From Auanema rhodensis (Eukaryota > Animalia > Nematoda), in NCBI GenBank assembly GCA_964057225.1, contig OZ059896.1, positions 5,890,001-5,954,000 on the forward strand: 64,000 nt of DNA, read 5' to 3'. Below, one piece after another: positions 42,918 through 57,100 of the stretch. Within the stretch, counting starts at the first letter, position 1. Each line of letters begins with the position of its first letter. Made by a program: the position numbers and the translations under genes. The notes beneath the pieces were generated by a model that saw nothing but the letters and a program-made list of their open reading frames with translations, was not told the DNA's origin and ran no database searches.

Positions 42918-44994
42918 TCCATGTACACTCAAAATTGCTTCCAAAAACATTTTGACAAAAATTTTTTCGAAAAATTTCAGAATAATTTAGCAAAAAGTAG
43001 ATGTTTTTAGATTCCTTTTTTCAAGGCAAAAACGATGGACAATGTTATTCAACGAAAAAATTAATTCTTCAGGGTGAAAATCGAGGATATAGGTGTGAAC
43101 TTATATCAGTTGATATCTCGGTGCATTTTCAAGCTAGCGCAAATCTGATAACACAGATCGACGCAGCTTAAAAATCCGCATCGAATGCACTATACTACAT
43201 TGAGAAAAGCTAAATACAAAAATTAGTTATGATCGTTTGAAAAATGATGCATTAGTGTATGTTGAGTTTCCATGTACACTCAAAATTGCTTCCAAAAACA
43301 TTTTGACAAAAATTTTTTCGAAAAATTTCAGAATAATTTAGCAAAAAGTAGATGTTTTTAGATTCCTTTTTTCAAGGCAAAAACGATGGACAATGTTATT
43401 CAACGAAAAAATTAATTCTTCAGGGTGAAAATCGAGGATATAGGTGTGAACTTATATCAGTTGATATCTCGGTGCATTTTCAAGCTAGCGCAAATCTGAT
43501 AACACAGATCGACGCAGCTTAAAAATCCGCATCGAATGCACTATACTACATTGAGAAACGCTTAATACAAAAATTAGTTATGATCGTTTGAAAAATGATG
43601 CATTAGTGTATGTTGAGTTTCCATGTACACTCAAAATTGCTTCCAAAAACATTTTGACAAAAATTTTTTCGAAAAATTTCAGAATAATTTAGCAAAAAGT
43701 AGATGTTTTTAGATTCCTTTTTTCAAGGCAAAAACGATGGACAATGTTATTCAACGAAAAAATTAATTCTTCAGGGTGAAAATCGAGGATATAGGTGTGA
43801 ACTTATATCAGTTGATATCTCGGTGCATTTTCAAGCTAGCGCAAATCTGATAACACAGATCGACGCAGCTTAAAAATCCGCATCGAATGCACTATACTAC
43901 ATTGAGAAAAGCTAAATACAAAAATTAGTTATGATCGTTTGAAAAATGATGCATTAGTGTATGTTGAGTTTCCATGTACACTCAAAATTGCTTCCAAAAA
44001 CATTTTGACAAAAATTTTTTCGAAAAATTTCAGAATAATTTAGCAAAAAGTAGATGTTTTTAGATTCCTTTTTTCAAGACAAAAACGATGGACAATGTTA
44101 TTCAACGAAAAAATTGATTCTTCAAGGTGAAAATCGAGGATATAGGTGTGAACTTATATCAGTTGATATCTCGGTGCATTTTCAAGCTAGCGCAAATCTG
44201 ATAACACAGATCGACGCAGCTTAAAAATCCGCATCGAATGCACTATACTACATTGAGAAACGCTTAATACAAAAATTAGTTATGATCGTTTGAAAAATGA
44301 TGCATTAGTGTATGTTGAGTTTCCATGTACACTCAAAATTGCTTCCAAAAACATTTTGACAAAAATTTTTTCGAAAAATTTCAGAATAATTTAGCAAAAA
44401 GTAGATGTTTTTAGATTCCTTTTTTCAAGGCAAAAACGATGGACAATGTTATTCAACGAAAAAATTAATTCTTCAGGGTGAAAATCGAGGATATAGGTGT
44501 GAACTTATATCAGTTGATATCTCGGTGCATTTTCAAGCTAGCGCAAATCTGATAACACAGATCGACGCAGCTTAAAAATCCGCATCGAATGCACTATACT
44601 ACATTGAGAAAAGCTAAATACAAAAATTAGTTATGATCGTTTGAAAAATGATGCATTAGTGTATGTTGAGTTTCCATGTACACTCAAAATTGATTCCAAA
44701 AACATTTTGACAAAAATTTTTTCGAAAAATTTCAGAATAATTTAGCAAAAAGTAGATGTTTTTAGATTTCTTTTTTCAAGGCAAAAACGATGGACAATGT
44801 TATTCAACGAAAAAATTAATTCTTCAGGGTGAAAATCGAGGATATAAGTGTGAACTTATATCAGTTGATATCTCGGTGCATTTTTAAGCTAGCGCAAATC
44901 TGATAACACAGATCGACGCAGCTTAAAAATCCGCATCGAATGCACTATATTCCATTGAGAAAAGCTAAATACAAAAATTAGTTATGATCGTTTG

Positions 44995-47900
44995 GAAAAT
45001 GATGCATTAGTGTATGTTGAGTTTCCATGTACACTCAAAATTTCTTCCAAAAACATTTTGACAAAAATTTTTTCGAAAAATTTCAAAATAATTTAGCAAA
45101 AAGTAGATGTTTTTAGATTTCTTTTTTCAAGGCAAAAACGATGGACAATGTTATTCAACGAAAAAATTAATTCTTCAGGGTGAAAATCGAGGATATAAGT
45201 GTGAACTTATATCAGTTGATATCTCGGTGCATTTTTAAGCTAGCGCAAATCTGATAGTACAGATCGACGCAGCTTAAAAATCCGCATCGAATGCACTATA
45301 CTACATTGAGAAACGCTTAATACAAAAATTAGTTATGATCGTTAGAAAAATGATGCATTAGTGTATGTTGAGTTTCCATGTACACTCAACATTGCTTCCA
45401 AAAACATTTTGACAAAAATTTTTTCGAAAAATTTCAAAATAATTTAGCAAAAAGTAGATGTTTTTAGATTCCTTTTTTCAAGACAAAAACGATGGACAAT
45501 GTTATTCAACGAAAAAATTGATTCTTCAAGGTGAAAATCGAGGATTTAGGTGTGAACTTATATCAGTTGATATCTCGGTGCATTTTTAAGCTAGCGCAAA
45601 TCTGATAACACAGATCGACGCAGCTTAAAAATCCGCATCGAATGCACTATATTCCATTGAGAAAAGCTAAATACAAAAATTAGTTATGATCGTTAGAAAA
45701 ATGATGCATTAGTGTATGTTGAGTTTCCATGTACACTCAACATTGCTTCCAAAAACATTTTGACAAAAATTTTTTCGAAAAATTTCAAAATAATTTAGCA
45801 AAAAGTAGATGTTTTTAGATTCCTTTTTTCAAGGCAAAAACGATGGACAATGTTATTCAACGAAAAAATTAATTCTTCAGGGTGAAAATCGAGGATATAA
45901 GTGTGAACTTATATCAGTTGATATCTCGGTGCATTTTTAAGCTAGCGCAAATCTGATAACACAGATCGACGCAGCTTAAAAATCCGCATCGAATGCACTA
46001 TATTCCATTGAGAAAAGCTAAATACAAAAATTAGTTATGATCGTTAGAAAAATGATGCATTAGTGTATGTTGAGTTTCCATGTACACTCAACATTGCTTC
46101 CAAAAACATTTTGACAAAAATTTTTTCGAAAAATTTCAAAATAATTTAGCAAAAAGTAGATGTTTTTAGATTCCTTTTTTCAAGGCAAAAACGATGGACA
46201 ATGTTATTCAACGAAAAAATTAATTCTTCAGGGTGAAAATCGAGGATATAAGTGTGAACTTATATCAGTTGATATCTCGGTGCATTTTTAAGCTAGCGCA
46301 AATCTGATAACACAGATCGACGCAGCTTAAAAATCCGCATCGAATGCACTATATTCCATTGAGAAAAGCTAAATACAAAAATTAGTTATGATCGTTAGAA
46401 AAATGATGCATTAGTGTATGTTGAGTTTCATGTACACTCAACATTGCTTCCAAAAACATTTTGACAAAAATTTTTTCGAAAAATTTCAAAATAATTTAGC
46501 AAAAAGTAGATGTTTTTAGATTCCTTTTTTCAAGGCAAAAACGATGGACAATGTTATTCAACGAAAAAATTGATTCTTCAAGGTGAAAATCGAGGATATA
46601 GGTGTGAACTTATATCAGTTGATATCTCGGTGCATTGTCAAGCTAGCGCAAATCTGATAGTACAGATCGACGCAGCTTAAAAATCCGCATCGAATGCACT
46701 ATACTACATTGAGAAAAGCTAAATACAAAAATTAGTTATGATCGTTTGAAAAATGATGCATTAGTGTATGTTGAGTTTCCATGTACACTCAACATTGCTT
46801 CCAAAAACATTTTGACAAAAATTTTTTCGAAAAATTTCAAAATAATTTAGTAAAAAGTAGATGTTTTTAGATTCCTTTTTTCAAGGCAAAAACGATAGAC
46901 AATGTTATTCAACGAAAAAATTAATTCTTCAGGGTGAAAATCGAGGATATAAGTGTGAACTTATATCAGTTGATATCTCGGTGCATTTTTAAGCTAGCGC
47001 AAATCTGATAACACAGATCGACGCAGCTTAAAAATCCGCATCGAATGCACTATACTACATTGAGAAACGCTTAATACAAAAATTAGTTATGATCGTTTGA
47101 AAAATGATGCATTAGTGTATGTTGAGTTTCCATGTACACTCAAAATTGCTTCCAAAAACATTTTGACAAAAATTTTTTCGAAAAATTTCAGAATAATTTA
47201 GCAAAAAGTAGATGTTTTTAGATTCCTTTTTTCAAGGCAAAAACGATGGACAATGTTATTCAACGAAAAAATTAATTCTTCAGGGTGAAAATCGAGGATA
47301 TAGGTGTGAACTTATATCAGTTGATATCTCGGTGCATTTTCAAGCTAGCGCAAATCTGATAACACAGATCGACGCAGCTTAAAAATCCGCATCGAATGCA
47401 CTATACTACATTGAGAAAAGCTAAATACAAAAATTAGTTATGATCGTTTGAAAAATGATGCATTAGTGTATGTTGAGTTTCCATGTACACTCAAAATTGA
47501 TTCCAAAAACATTTTGACAAAAATTTTTTCGAAAAATTTCAGAATAATTTAGCAAAAAGTAGATGTTTTTAGATTCCTTTTTTCAAGGCAAAAACGATGG
47601 ACAATGTTATTCAACGAAAAAATTAATTCTTCAGGGTGAAAATCGAGGATATAGGTGTGAACTTTGATATCTCGGTGCAATGTCAAGCTAGCGCAAATCT
47701 GATAGTACAGATCGACGCAGCTTAAAAATCCGCATCGATTGCACTATACTACATTGAGAAAAGCTAAATACAAAAATTAGTTATGATCGTTTGGAAAATG
47801 ATGCATTAGTGTATGTTGAGTTTCCATGTACACTCAAAATTTCTTCCAAAAACATTTTGACAAAAATTTTTTCGAAAAATTTCAAAATAATTTAGCAAAA

Positions 47901-50000
47901 AGTAGATGTTTTTAGATTTCTTTTTTCAAGGCAAAAACGATGGACAATGTTATTCAACGAAAAAATTAATTCTTCAGGGTGAAAATCGAGGATATAAGTG
48001 TGAACTTATATCAGTTGATATCTCGGTGCATTTTTAAGCTAGCGCAAATCTGATAGTACAGATCGACGCAGCTTAAAAATCCGCATCGAATGCACTATAC
48101 TACATTGAGAAACGCTTAATACAAAAATTAGTTATGATCGTTAGAAAAATGATGCATTAGTGTATGTTGAGTTTCCATGTACACTCAACATTGCTTCCAA
48201 AAACATTTTGACAAAAATTTTTTCGAAAAATTTCAAAATAATTTAGCAAAAAGTAGATGTTTTTAGATTCCTTTTTTCAAGACAAAAACGATGGACAATG
48301 TTATTCAACGAAAAAATTGATTCTTCAAGGTGAAAATCGAGGATTTAGGTGTGAACTTATATCAGTTGATATCTCGGTGCATTTTTAAGCTAGCGCAAAT
48401 CTGATAACACAGATCGACGCAGCTTAAAAATCCGCATCGAATGCACTATATTCCATTGAGAAAAGCTAAATACAAAAATTAGTTATGATCGTTAGAAAAA
48501 TGATGCATTAGTGTATGTTGAGTTTCCATGTACACTCAACATTGCTTCCAAAAACATTTTGACAAAAATTTTTTCGAAAAATTTCAAAATAATTTAGCAA
48601 AAAGTAGATGTTTTTAGATTCCTTTTTTCAAGGCAAAAACGATGGACAATGTTATTCAACGAAAAAATTAATTCTTCAGGGTGAAAATCGAGGATATAAG
48701 TGTGAACTTATATCAGTTGATATCTCGGTGCATTTTTAAGCTAGCGCAAATCTGATAACACAGATCGACGCAGCTTAAAAATCCGCATCGAATGCACTAT
48801 ATTCCATTGAGAAAAGCTAAATACAAAAATTAGTTATGATCGTTAGAAAAATGATGCATTAGTGTATGTTGAGTTTCCATGTACACTCAACATTGCTTCC
48901 AAAAACATTTTGACAAAAATTTTTTCGAAAAATTTCAAAATAATTTAGCAAAAAGTAGATGTTTTTAGATTCCTTTTTTCAAGGCAAAAACGATGGACAA
49001 TGTTATTCAACGAAAAAATTAATTCTTCAGGGTGAAAATCGAGGATATAAGTGTGAACTTATATCAGTTGATATCTCGGTGCATTTTTAAGCTAGCGCAA
49101 ATCTGATAACACAGATCGACGCAGCTTAAAAATCCGCATCGAATGCACTATATTCCATTGAGAAAAGCTAAATACAAAAATTAGTTATGATCGTTAGAAA
49201 AATGATGCATTAGTGTATGTTGAGTTTCATGTACACTCAACATTGCTTCCAAAAACATTTTGACAAAAATTTTTTCGAAAAATTTCAAAATAATTTAGCA
49301 AAAAGTAGATGTTTTTAGATTCCTTTTTTCAAGGCAAAAACGATGGACAATGTTATTCAACGAAAAAATTGATTCTTCAAGGTGAAAATCGAGGATATAG
49401 GTGTGAACTTATATCAGTTGATATCTCGGTGCATTGTCAAGCTAGCGCAAATCTGATAGTACAGATCGACGCAGCTTAAAAATCCGCATCGAATGCACTA
49501 TACTACATTGAGAAAAGCTAAATACAAAAATTAGTTATGATCGTTTGAAAAATGATGCATTAGTGTATGTTGAGTTTCCATGTACACTCAACATTGCTTC
49601 CAAAAACATTTTGACAAAAATTTTTTCGAAAAATTTCAAAATAATTTAGTAAAAAGTAGATGTTTTTAGATTCCTTTTTTCAAGGCAAAAACGATAGACA
49701 ATGTTATTCAACGAAAAAATTAATTCTTCAGGGTGAAAATCGAGGATATAAGTGTGAACTTATATCAGTTGATATCTCGGTGCATTTTTAAGCTAGCGCA
49801 AATCTGATAACACAGATCGACGCAGCTTAAAAATCCGCATCGAATGCACTATACTACATTGAGAAACGCTTAATACAAAAATTAGTTATGATCGTTTGAA
49901 AAATGATGCATTAGTGTATGTTGAGTTTCCATGTACACTCAAAATTGCTTCCAAAAACATTTTGACAAAAATTTTTTCGAAAAATTTCAGAATAATTTAG
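44995..50000 (+). repeat. 8-monomer higher-order duplication (2799-bp offset, second copy incomplete)
   Basis: The 1-bp deletion gagtttcatg occurs at 46428 and 49227. aagacaaaa/ggatttagg occur at ~45482/45546 and ~48281/48345. 2799 = 8x351-8-1. Boundaries are approximate. Confidence 0.85.
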
Positions 50001-51331
50001 CAAAAAGTAGATGTTTTTAGATTCCTTTTTTCAAGGCAAAAACGATGGACAATGTTATTCAACAAAAAAATTAATTCTTCAGGGTGAAAATCGAGGATAT
50101 AAGTGTGAACTTATATCAGTTGATATCTCGGTGCATTTTTAAGCTAGCGCAAATCTGATAACACAGATCGACGCAGCTTGAAAATCCACATCGAATGCAC
50201 TATACTACATTGAGAAACGCTTAATACAAAAATTAGTTATGATCGTTTGAAAAATGATGCATTAGTGTATGTTGAGTTTCCATGTACACTCAAAATTGCT
50301 TCCAAAAACATTTTGACAAAAATTTTTTCGAAAAATTTCAGAATAATTTAGCAAAAAGTAGATGTTTTTAGATTCCTTTTTTCAAGGCAAAAACGATGGA
50401 CAATGTTATTCAACGAAAAAATTAATTCTTCAGGGTGAAAATCGAGGATATAGGTGTGAACTTATATCAGTTGATTTCTCGGTGCATTTTCAAGCTAGCG
50501 CAAATCTGATAGTACAGATCGACGCAGCTTAAAAATCCGCATCGAATGCACTATACTACATTGAGAAACGCTTAATACAAAAATTAGTTATGATCGTTTG
50601 AAAAATGATGCATTAGTGTATGTTGAGTTTCCATGTACACTCAAAATTGCTTCCAAAAACATTTTGACAAAAATTTTTTCGAAAAATTTCAGAATAATTT
50701 AGCAAAAAGTAGATGTTTTTAGATTCCTTTTTTCAAGGCAAAAACGATGGACAATGTTATTCAACAAAAAAATTAATTCTTCAGGGTGAAAATCGAGGAT
50801 ATAAGTGTGAACTTATATCAGTTGATATCTCGGTGCATTTTTAAGCTAGCGCAAATCTGATAACACAGATCGACGCAGCTTGAAAATCCACATCGAATGC
50901 ACTATACTACATTGAGAAACGCTTAATACAAAAATTAGTTATGATCGTTTGAAAAATGATGCATTAGTGTATGTTGAGTTTCCATGTACACTCAAAATTG
51001 CTTCCAAAAACATTTTGACAAAAATTTTTTCGAAAAATTTCAGAATAATTTAGCAAAAAGTAGATGTTTTTAGATTCCTTTTTTCAAGGCAAAAACGATG
51101 GACAATGTTATTCAACGAAAAAATTAATTCTTCAGGGTGAAAATCGAGGATATAGGTGTGAACTTATATCAGTTGATTTCTCGGTGCATTTTCAAGCTAG
51201 CGCAAATCTGATAGTACAGATCGACGCAGCTTAAAAATCCGCATCGAATGCACTATACTACATTGAGAAACGCTTAATACAAAAATTAGTTATGATCGTT
51301 TGAAAAATGATGCATTAGTGTATGTTGAGTT
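49928..51331 (+). repeat. 2-monomer duplication (702 bp x2)
   Basis: Private variants caacaaaaaaa and agcttgaaaatccaca occur at ~50064/50180 and ~50766/50882 only. Confidence 0.9.
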
Positions 51332-52033
51332 TCCATGTACACTCAAAATTGCTTCCAAAAACATTTTGACAAAAATTTTTTCGAAAAATTTCAGAATAAT
51401 TTAGCAAAAAGTAGATGTTTTTAGATTCCTTTTTTCAAGGCAAAAACGATGGACAATGTTATTCAACGAAAAAATTAATTCTTCAGGGTGAAAATCGAGG
51501 ATATAGGTGTGAACTTATATCAGTTGATATCTCGGTGCATTTTTAAGCTAGCGCAAATCTGATAACACAGATCGACGCAGCTTAAAAATCCGCATCGAAT
51601 GCACTATACTACATTGAGAAACGCTTAATACAAAAATTAGTTATGATCGTTTGAAAAATGATGCATTAGTGTATGTTGAGTTTCCATGTACACTCAAAAT
51701 TGCTTCCAAAAACATTTTGACAAAAATTTTTTCGAAAAATTTCAGAATAATTTAGCAAAAAGTAGATGTTTTTAGATTCCTTTTTTCAAGGCAAAAACGA
51801 TGGACAATGTTATTCAACGAAAAAATTGATTCTTCAGGGTGAAAATCGAGGATATAGGTGTGAACTTATATCAGTTGATATCTCGGTGCATTTTTAAGCT
51901 AGCGCAAATCTGATAACACAGATCGACGCAGCTTAAAAATCCGCATCGAATGCACTATACTACATTGAGAAACGCTTAATACAAAAATTAGTTATGATCG
52001 TTTGAAAAATGATGCATTAGTGTATGTTGAGTT

Positions 52034-54137
52034 TCCATGTACACTCAAAATTGCTTCCAAAAACATTTTGACAAAAATTTTTTCGAAAAATTTCAGAATA
52101 ATTTAGCAAAAAGTAGATGTTTTTAGATTCCTTTTTTCAAGGCAAAAACGATGGACAATGTTATTCAACGAAAAAATTGATTCTTCAAGGTGAAAATCGA
52201 GGATATAGGTGTGAACTTATATCAGTTGATATCTCGGTGCATTTTTAAGCTAGCGCAAATCTGATAACACAGATCGACGCAGCTTAAAAATCCGCATCGA
52301 ATGCACTATACTACATTGAGAAACGCTTAATACAAAAAATAGTTATGATCGTTTGAAAAATGATGCATTAGTGTATGTTGAGTTTCCATGTACACTCAAA
52401 ATTGCTTCCAAAAACATTTTGACAAAAATTTTTTCGAAAAATTTCAGAATAATTTAGCAAAAAGTAGATGTTTTTAGATTCCTTTTTTCAAGGCAAAAAC
52501 GATGGACAATGTCATTCAACGAAAAAATTAATTCTTCAGGGTGAAAATCGAGGATATAGGTGTGAACTTATATCAGTTGATATCTCGGTGCATTTTCAAG
52601 CTAGCGCAAATCTGATAACACAGATCGACGCAGCTTAAAAATCCGCATCGAATGCACTATACTACATTGAGAAAAGCTAAATACAAAAATTAGTTATGAT
52701 CGTTTGAAAATCGATGCATTAGTGTATGTTGAGTTTCCATGTACACTCAAAATTGCTTCCAAAAACATTTTGACAAAAATTTTTTCGAAAAATTTCAGAA
52801 TAATTTAGCAAAAAGTAGATGTTTTTAGATTCCTTTTTTCAAGGCAAAAACGATGGACAATGTTATTCAACGAAAAAATTGATTCTTCAAGGTGAAAATC
52901 GAGGATATAGGTGTGAACTTATATCAGTTGATATCTCGGTGCATTTTAAGCTAGCGCAAATCTGATAACACAGATCGACGCAGCTTAAAAATCCGCATCG
53001 AATGCACTATACTACATTGAGAAACGCTTAATACAAAAATTAGTTATGATCGTTTGAAAAATGATGCATTAGTGTATGTTGAGTTTCCATGTACACTCAA
53101 AATTGCTTCCAAAAACATTTTGACAAAAATTTTTTCGAAAAATTTCAGAATAATTTAGCAAAAAGTAGATGTTTTTAGATTCCTTTTTTCAAGGCAAAAA
53201 CGATGGACAATGTTATTCAACGAAAAAATTGATTCTTCAAGGTGAAAATCGAGGATATAGGTGTGAACTTATATCAGTTGATATCTCGGTGCATTTTTAA
53301 GCTAGCGCAAATCTGATAACACAGATCGACGCAGCTTAAAAATCCGCATCGAATGCACTATACTACATTGAGAAACGCTTAATACAAAAAATAGTTATGA
53401 TCGTTTGAAAAATGATGCATTAGTGTATGTTGAGTTTCCATGTACACTCAAAATTGCTTCCAAAAACATTTTGACAAAAATTTTTTCGAAAAATTTCAGA
53501 ATAATTTAGCAAAAAGTAGATGTTTTTAGATTCCTTTTTTCAAGGCAAAAACGATGGACAATGTCATTCAACGAAAAAATTAATTCTTCAGGGTGAAAAT
53601 CGAGGATATAGGTGTGAACTTATATCAGTTGATATCTCGGTGCATTTTCAAGCTAGCGCAAATCTGATAACACAGATCGACGCAGCTTAAAAATCCGCAT
53701 CGAATGCACTATACTACATTGAGAAAAGCTAAATACAAAAATTAGTTATGATCGTTTGAAAATCGATGCATTAGTGTATGTTGAGTTTCCATGTACACTC
53801 AAAATTGCTTCCAAAAACATTTTGACAAAAATTTTTTCGAAAAATTTCAGAATAATTTAGCAAAAAGTAGATGTTTTTAGATTCCTTTTTTCAAGGCAAA
53901 AACGATGGACAATGTTATTCAACGAAAAAATTGATTCTTCAAGGTGAAAATCGAGGATATAGGTGTGAACTTATATCAGTTGATATCTCGGTGCATTTTA
54001 AGCTAGCGCAAATCTGATAACACAGATCGACGCAGCTTAAAAATCCGCATCGAATGCACTATACTACATTGAGAAACGCTTAATACAAAAATTAGTTATG
54101 ATCGTTTGAAAAATGATGCATTAGTGTATGTTGAGTT
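52034..54137 (+). repeat. 3-monomer duplication (1052 bp x2)
   Basis: aaaatcgatgc at 52711 and 53763, aaaaaatagtt at ~52339 and ~53391, and the 1-bp deletion gcattttaag in both copies. 1052 = 3x351-1. Confidence 0.9.
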
Positions 54138-57100
54138 TCCATGTACACTCAAAATTGCTTCCAAAAACATTTTGACAAAAATTTTTTCGAAAAATTTCAG
54201 AATAATTTAGCAAAAAGTAGATGTTTTTAGATTCCTTTTTTCAAGGCAAAAACGATGGACAATGTCATTCAACGAAAAAATTAATTCTTCAGGGTGAAAA
54301 TCGAGGATATAGGTGTGAACTTTGATATCTCGGTGCAATGTCAAGCTAGCGCAAATCTGATAGTACAGATCGACGCAGCTTAAAAATCCGCATCGATTGC
54401 ACTATACTACATTGAGAAAAGCTAAATACAAAAATTAGTTATGATCGTTTGGAAAATGATGCATTAGTGTATGTTGAGTTTCCATGTACACTCAAAATTT
54501 CTTCCAAAAACATTTTGACAAAAATTTTTTCGAAAAATTTCAAAATAATTTAGCAAAAAGTAGATGTTTTTAGATTTCTTTTTTCAAGGCAAAAACGATG
54601 GACAATGTTATTCAACGAAAAAATTAATTCTTCAGGGTGAAAATCGAGGATATAAGTGTGAACTTATATCAGTTGATATCTCGGTGCATTTTCAAGCTAG
54701 CGCAAATCTGATAGTACAGATCGACGCAGCTTAAAAATCCGCATCGCATGCACTATATTACATTGAGAAAAGCTAAATACAAAAATTAGTTATGATCGTT
54801 TGGAAAATGATGCATTAGTGTATGTTGAGTTTCCATGTACACTCAAAATTTCTTCCAAAAACATTTTGACAAAAATTTTTTCGAAAAATTTCAAAATAAT
54901 TTAGCAAAAAGTAGATGTTTTTAGATTTCTTTTTTCAAGGCAAAAACGATGGACAATGTTATTCAACGAAAAAATTAATTCTTCAGGGTGAAAATCGAGG
55001 ATATAAGTGTGAACTTATATCAGTTGATATCTCGGTGCATTTTTAAGCTAGCGCAAATCTGATAACACAGATCGACGCAGCTTAAAAATCCGCATCGAAT
55101 GCACTATATTCCATTGAGAAAAGCTAAATACAAAAATTAGTTATGATCGTTTGAAAAATGATGCATTAGTGTATGTTGAGTTTCCATGTACACTCAAAAT
55201 TGCTTCCAAAAACATTTTGACAAAAATTTTTTCGAAAAATTTCAGAATAATTTAGCAAAAAGTAGATGTTTTTAGATTCCTTTTTTCAAGGCAAAAACGA
55301 TGGACAATGTCATTCAACGAAAAAATTAATTCTTCAGGGTGAAAATCGAGGATATAGGTGTGAACTTATATCAGTTGATTTCTCGGTGCATTTTCAAGCT
55401 AGCGCAAATCTGATAGTACAGATCGACGCAGCTTAAAAATCCGCATCGAATGCACTATATTACATTGAGAAAAGCTAAATACAAAAATTAGTTATGATCG
55501 TTTGAAAAATGATGCATTAGTGTATGTTGAGTTTCCATGTACACTCAAAATTGCTTCCAAAAACATTTTGACAAAAATTTTTTCGAAAAATTTCAAATTA
55601 ATTTAGTAAAAAGTAGATGTTTTTAGATTCCTTTTTTCAAGGCAAAAACGATGGACAATGTTATTCAACGAAAAAATTAATTCTTCAGGGTGAAAATCGA
55701 GGATATAAGTGTGAACTTATATCAGTTGATATCTCGGTGCATTTTTAAGCTAGCGCAAATCTGATAACACAGATCGACGCAGCTTAAAAATCCGCATCGC
55801 ATGCACTATATTACATTGAGAAAAGCTAAATACAAAAATTAGTTATGATCGTTTGGAAAATGATGCATTAGTGTATGTTGAGTTTCCATGTACACTCAAA
55901 ATTTCTTCCAAAAACATTTTGACAAAAATTTTTTCGAAAAATTTCAAAATAATTTAGTAAAGAGTAGATGTTTTTAGATTCCTTTTTTCAAGGCAAAAAC
56001 GATAGACAATGTCATTCAACGAAAAAATTGATTCTTCAAGGTGAAAATCGAGGATATAGGTGTGAACTTATATCAGTTGATATCTCGGTGCATTTTTAAG
56101 CTAGCGCAAATCTGATAACACAGATCGACGCAGCTTAAAAATCCGCATCGAATGCACTATATTCCATTGAGAAAAGCTAAATACAAAAATGAGTTATGAT
56201 CGTTAGAAAAATGATGCATTAGTGTATGTTGAGTTTCCATGTACACTCAAAATTGCTTCCAAAAACATTTTGACAAAAATTTTTTCGAAAAATTTCAAAA
56301 TAATTTAGTAAAAAGTAGATGTTTTTAGATTCCTTTTTTCAAGGCAAAGACGATGGACAATGTTATTCAACGAAAAAATTAATTCTTCAGGGTGAAAATC
56401 GAGGATATAAGTGTGAACTTATATCAGTTGATATCTCGGTGCATTTTTAAGCTAGCGCAAATCTGATAACACAGATCGACGCAGCTTAAAAATCCGCATC
56501 GCATGCACTATATTACATTGAGAAAAGCTAAATACAAAAATTAGTTATGATCGTTTGGAAAATGATGCATTAGTGTATGTTGAGTTTCCATGTACACTCA
56601 ACATTGCTTCCAAAAACATTTTGACAAAAATTTTTTCGAAAAATTTCGAAATAATTTAGTAAAAAGTAGATGTTTTTAGATTCCTTTTTCTAAGGCAAAG
56701 ACGATGGACAATGTTATTCAACGAAAAAATTAATTCTTCAGGGTGAAAATCGAGGATATAAGTGTGAACTTATATCAGTTGATATCTCGGTGCATTTTTA
56801 AGCTAGCGCAAATCTGATAACACAGATCGACGCAGCTTAAAAATCCGCATCGCATGCACTATATTACATTGAGAAAAGCTAAATACAAAAATTAGTTATG
56901 ATCGTTTGGAAAATGATGCATTAGTGTATGTTGAGTTTCCATGTACACTCAAAATTGCTTCCAAAAACATTTTGACAAAAATTTTTTCGAAAAATTTCAA
57001 AATAATTTAGTAAAAAGTAGATGTTTTTAGATTCCTTTTTTCAAGGCAAAGACGATGGACAATGTTATTCAACGAAAAAATTAATTCTTCAGGGTGAAAA

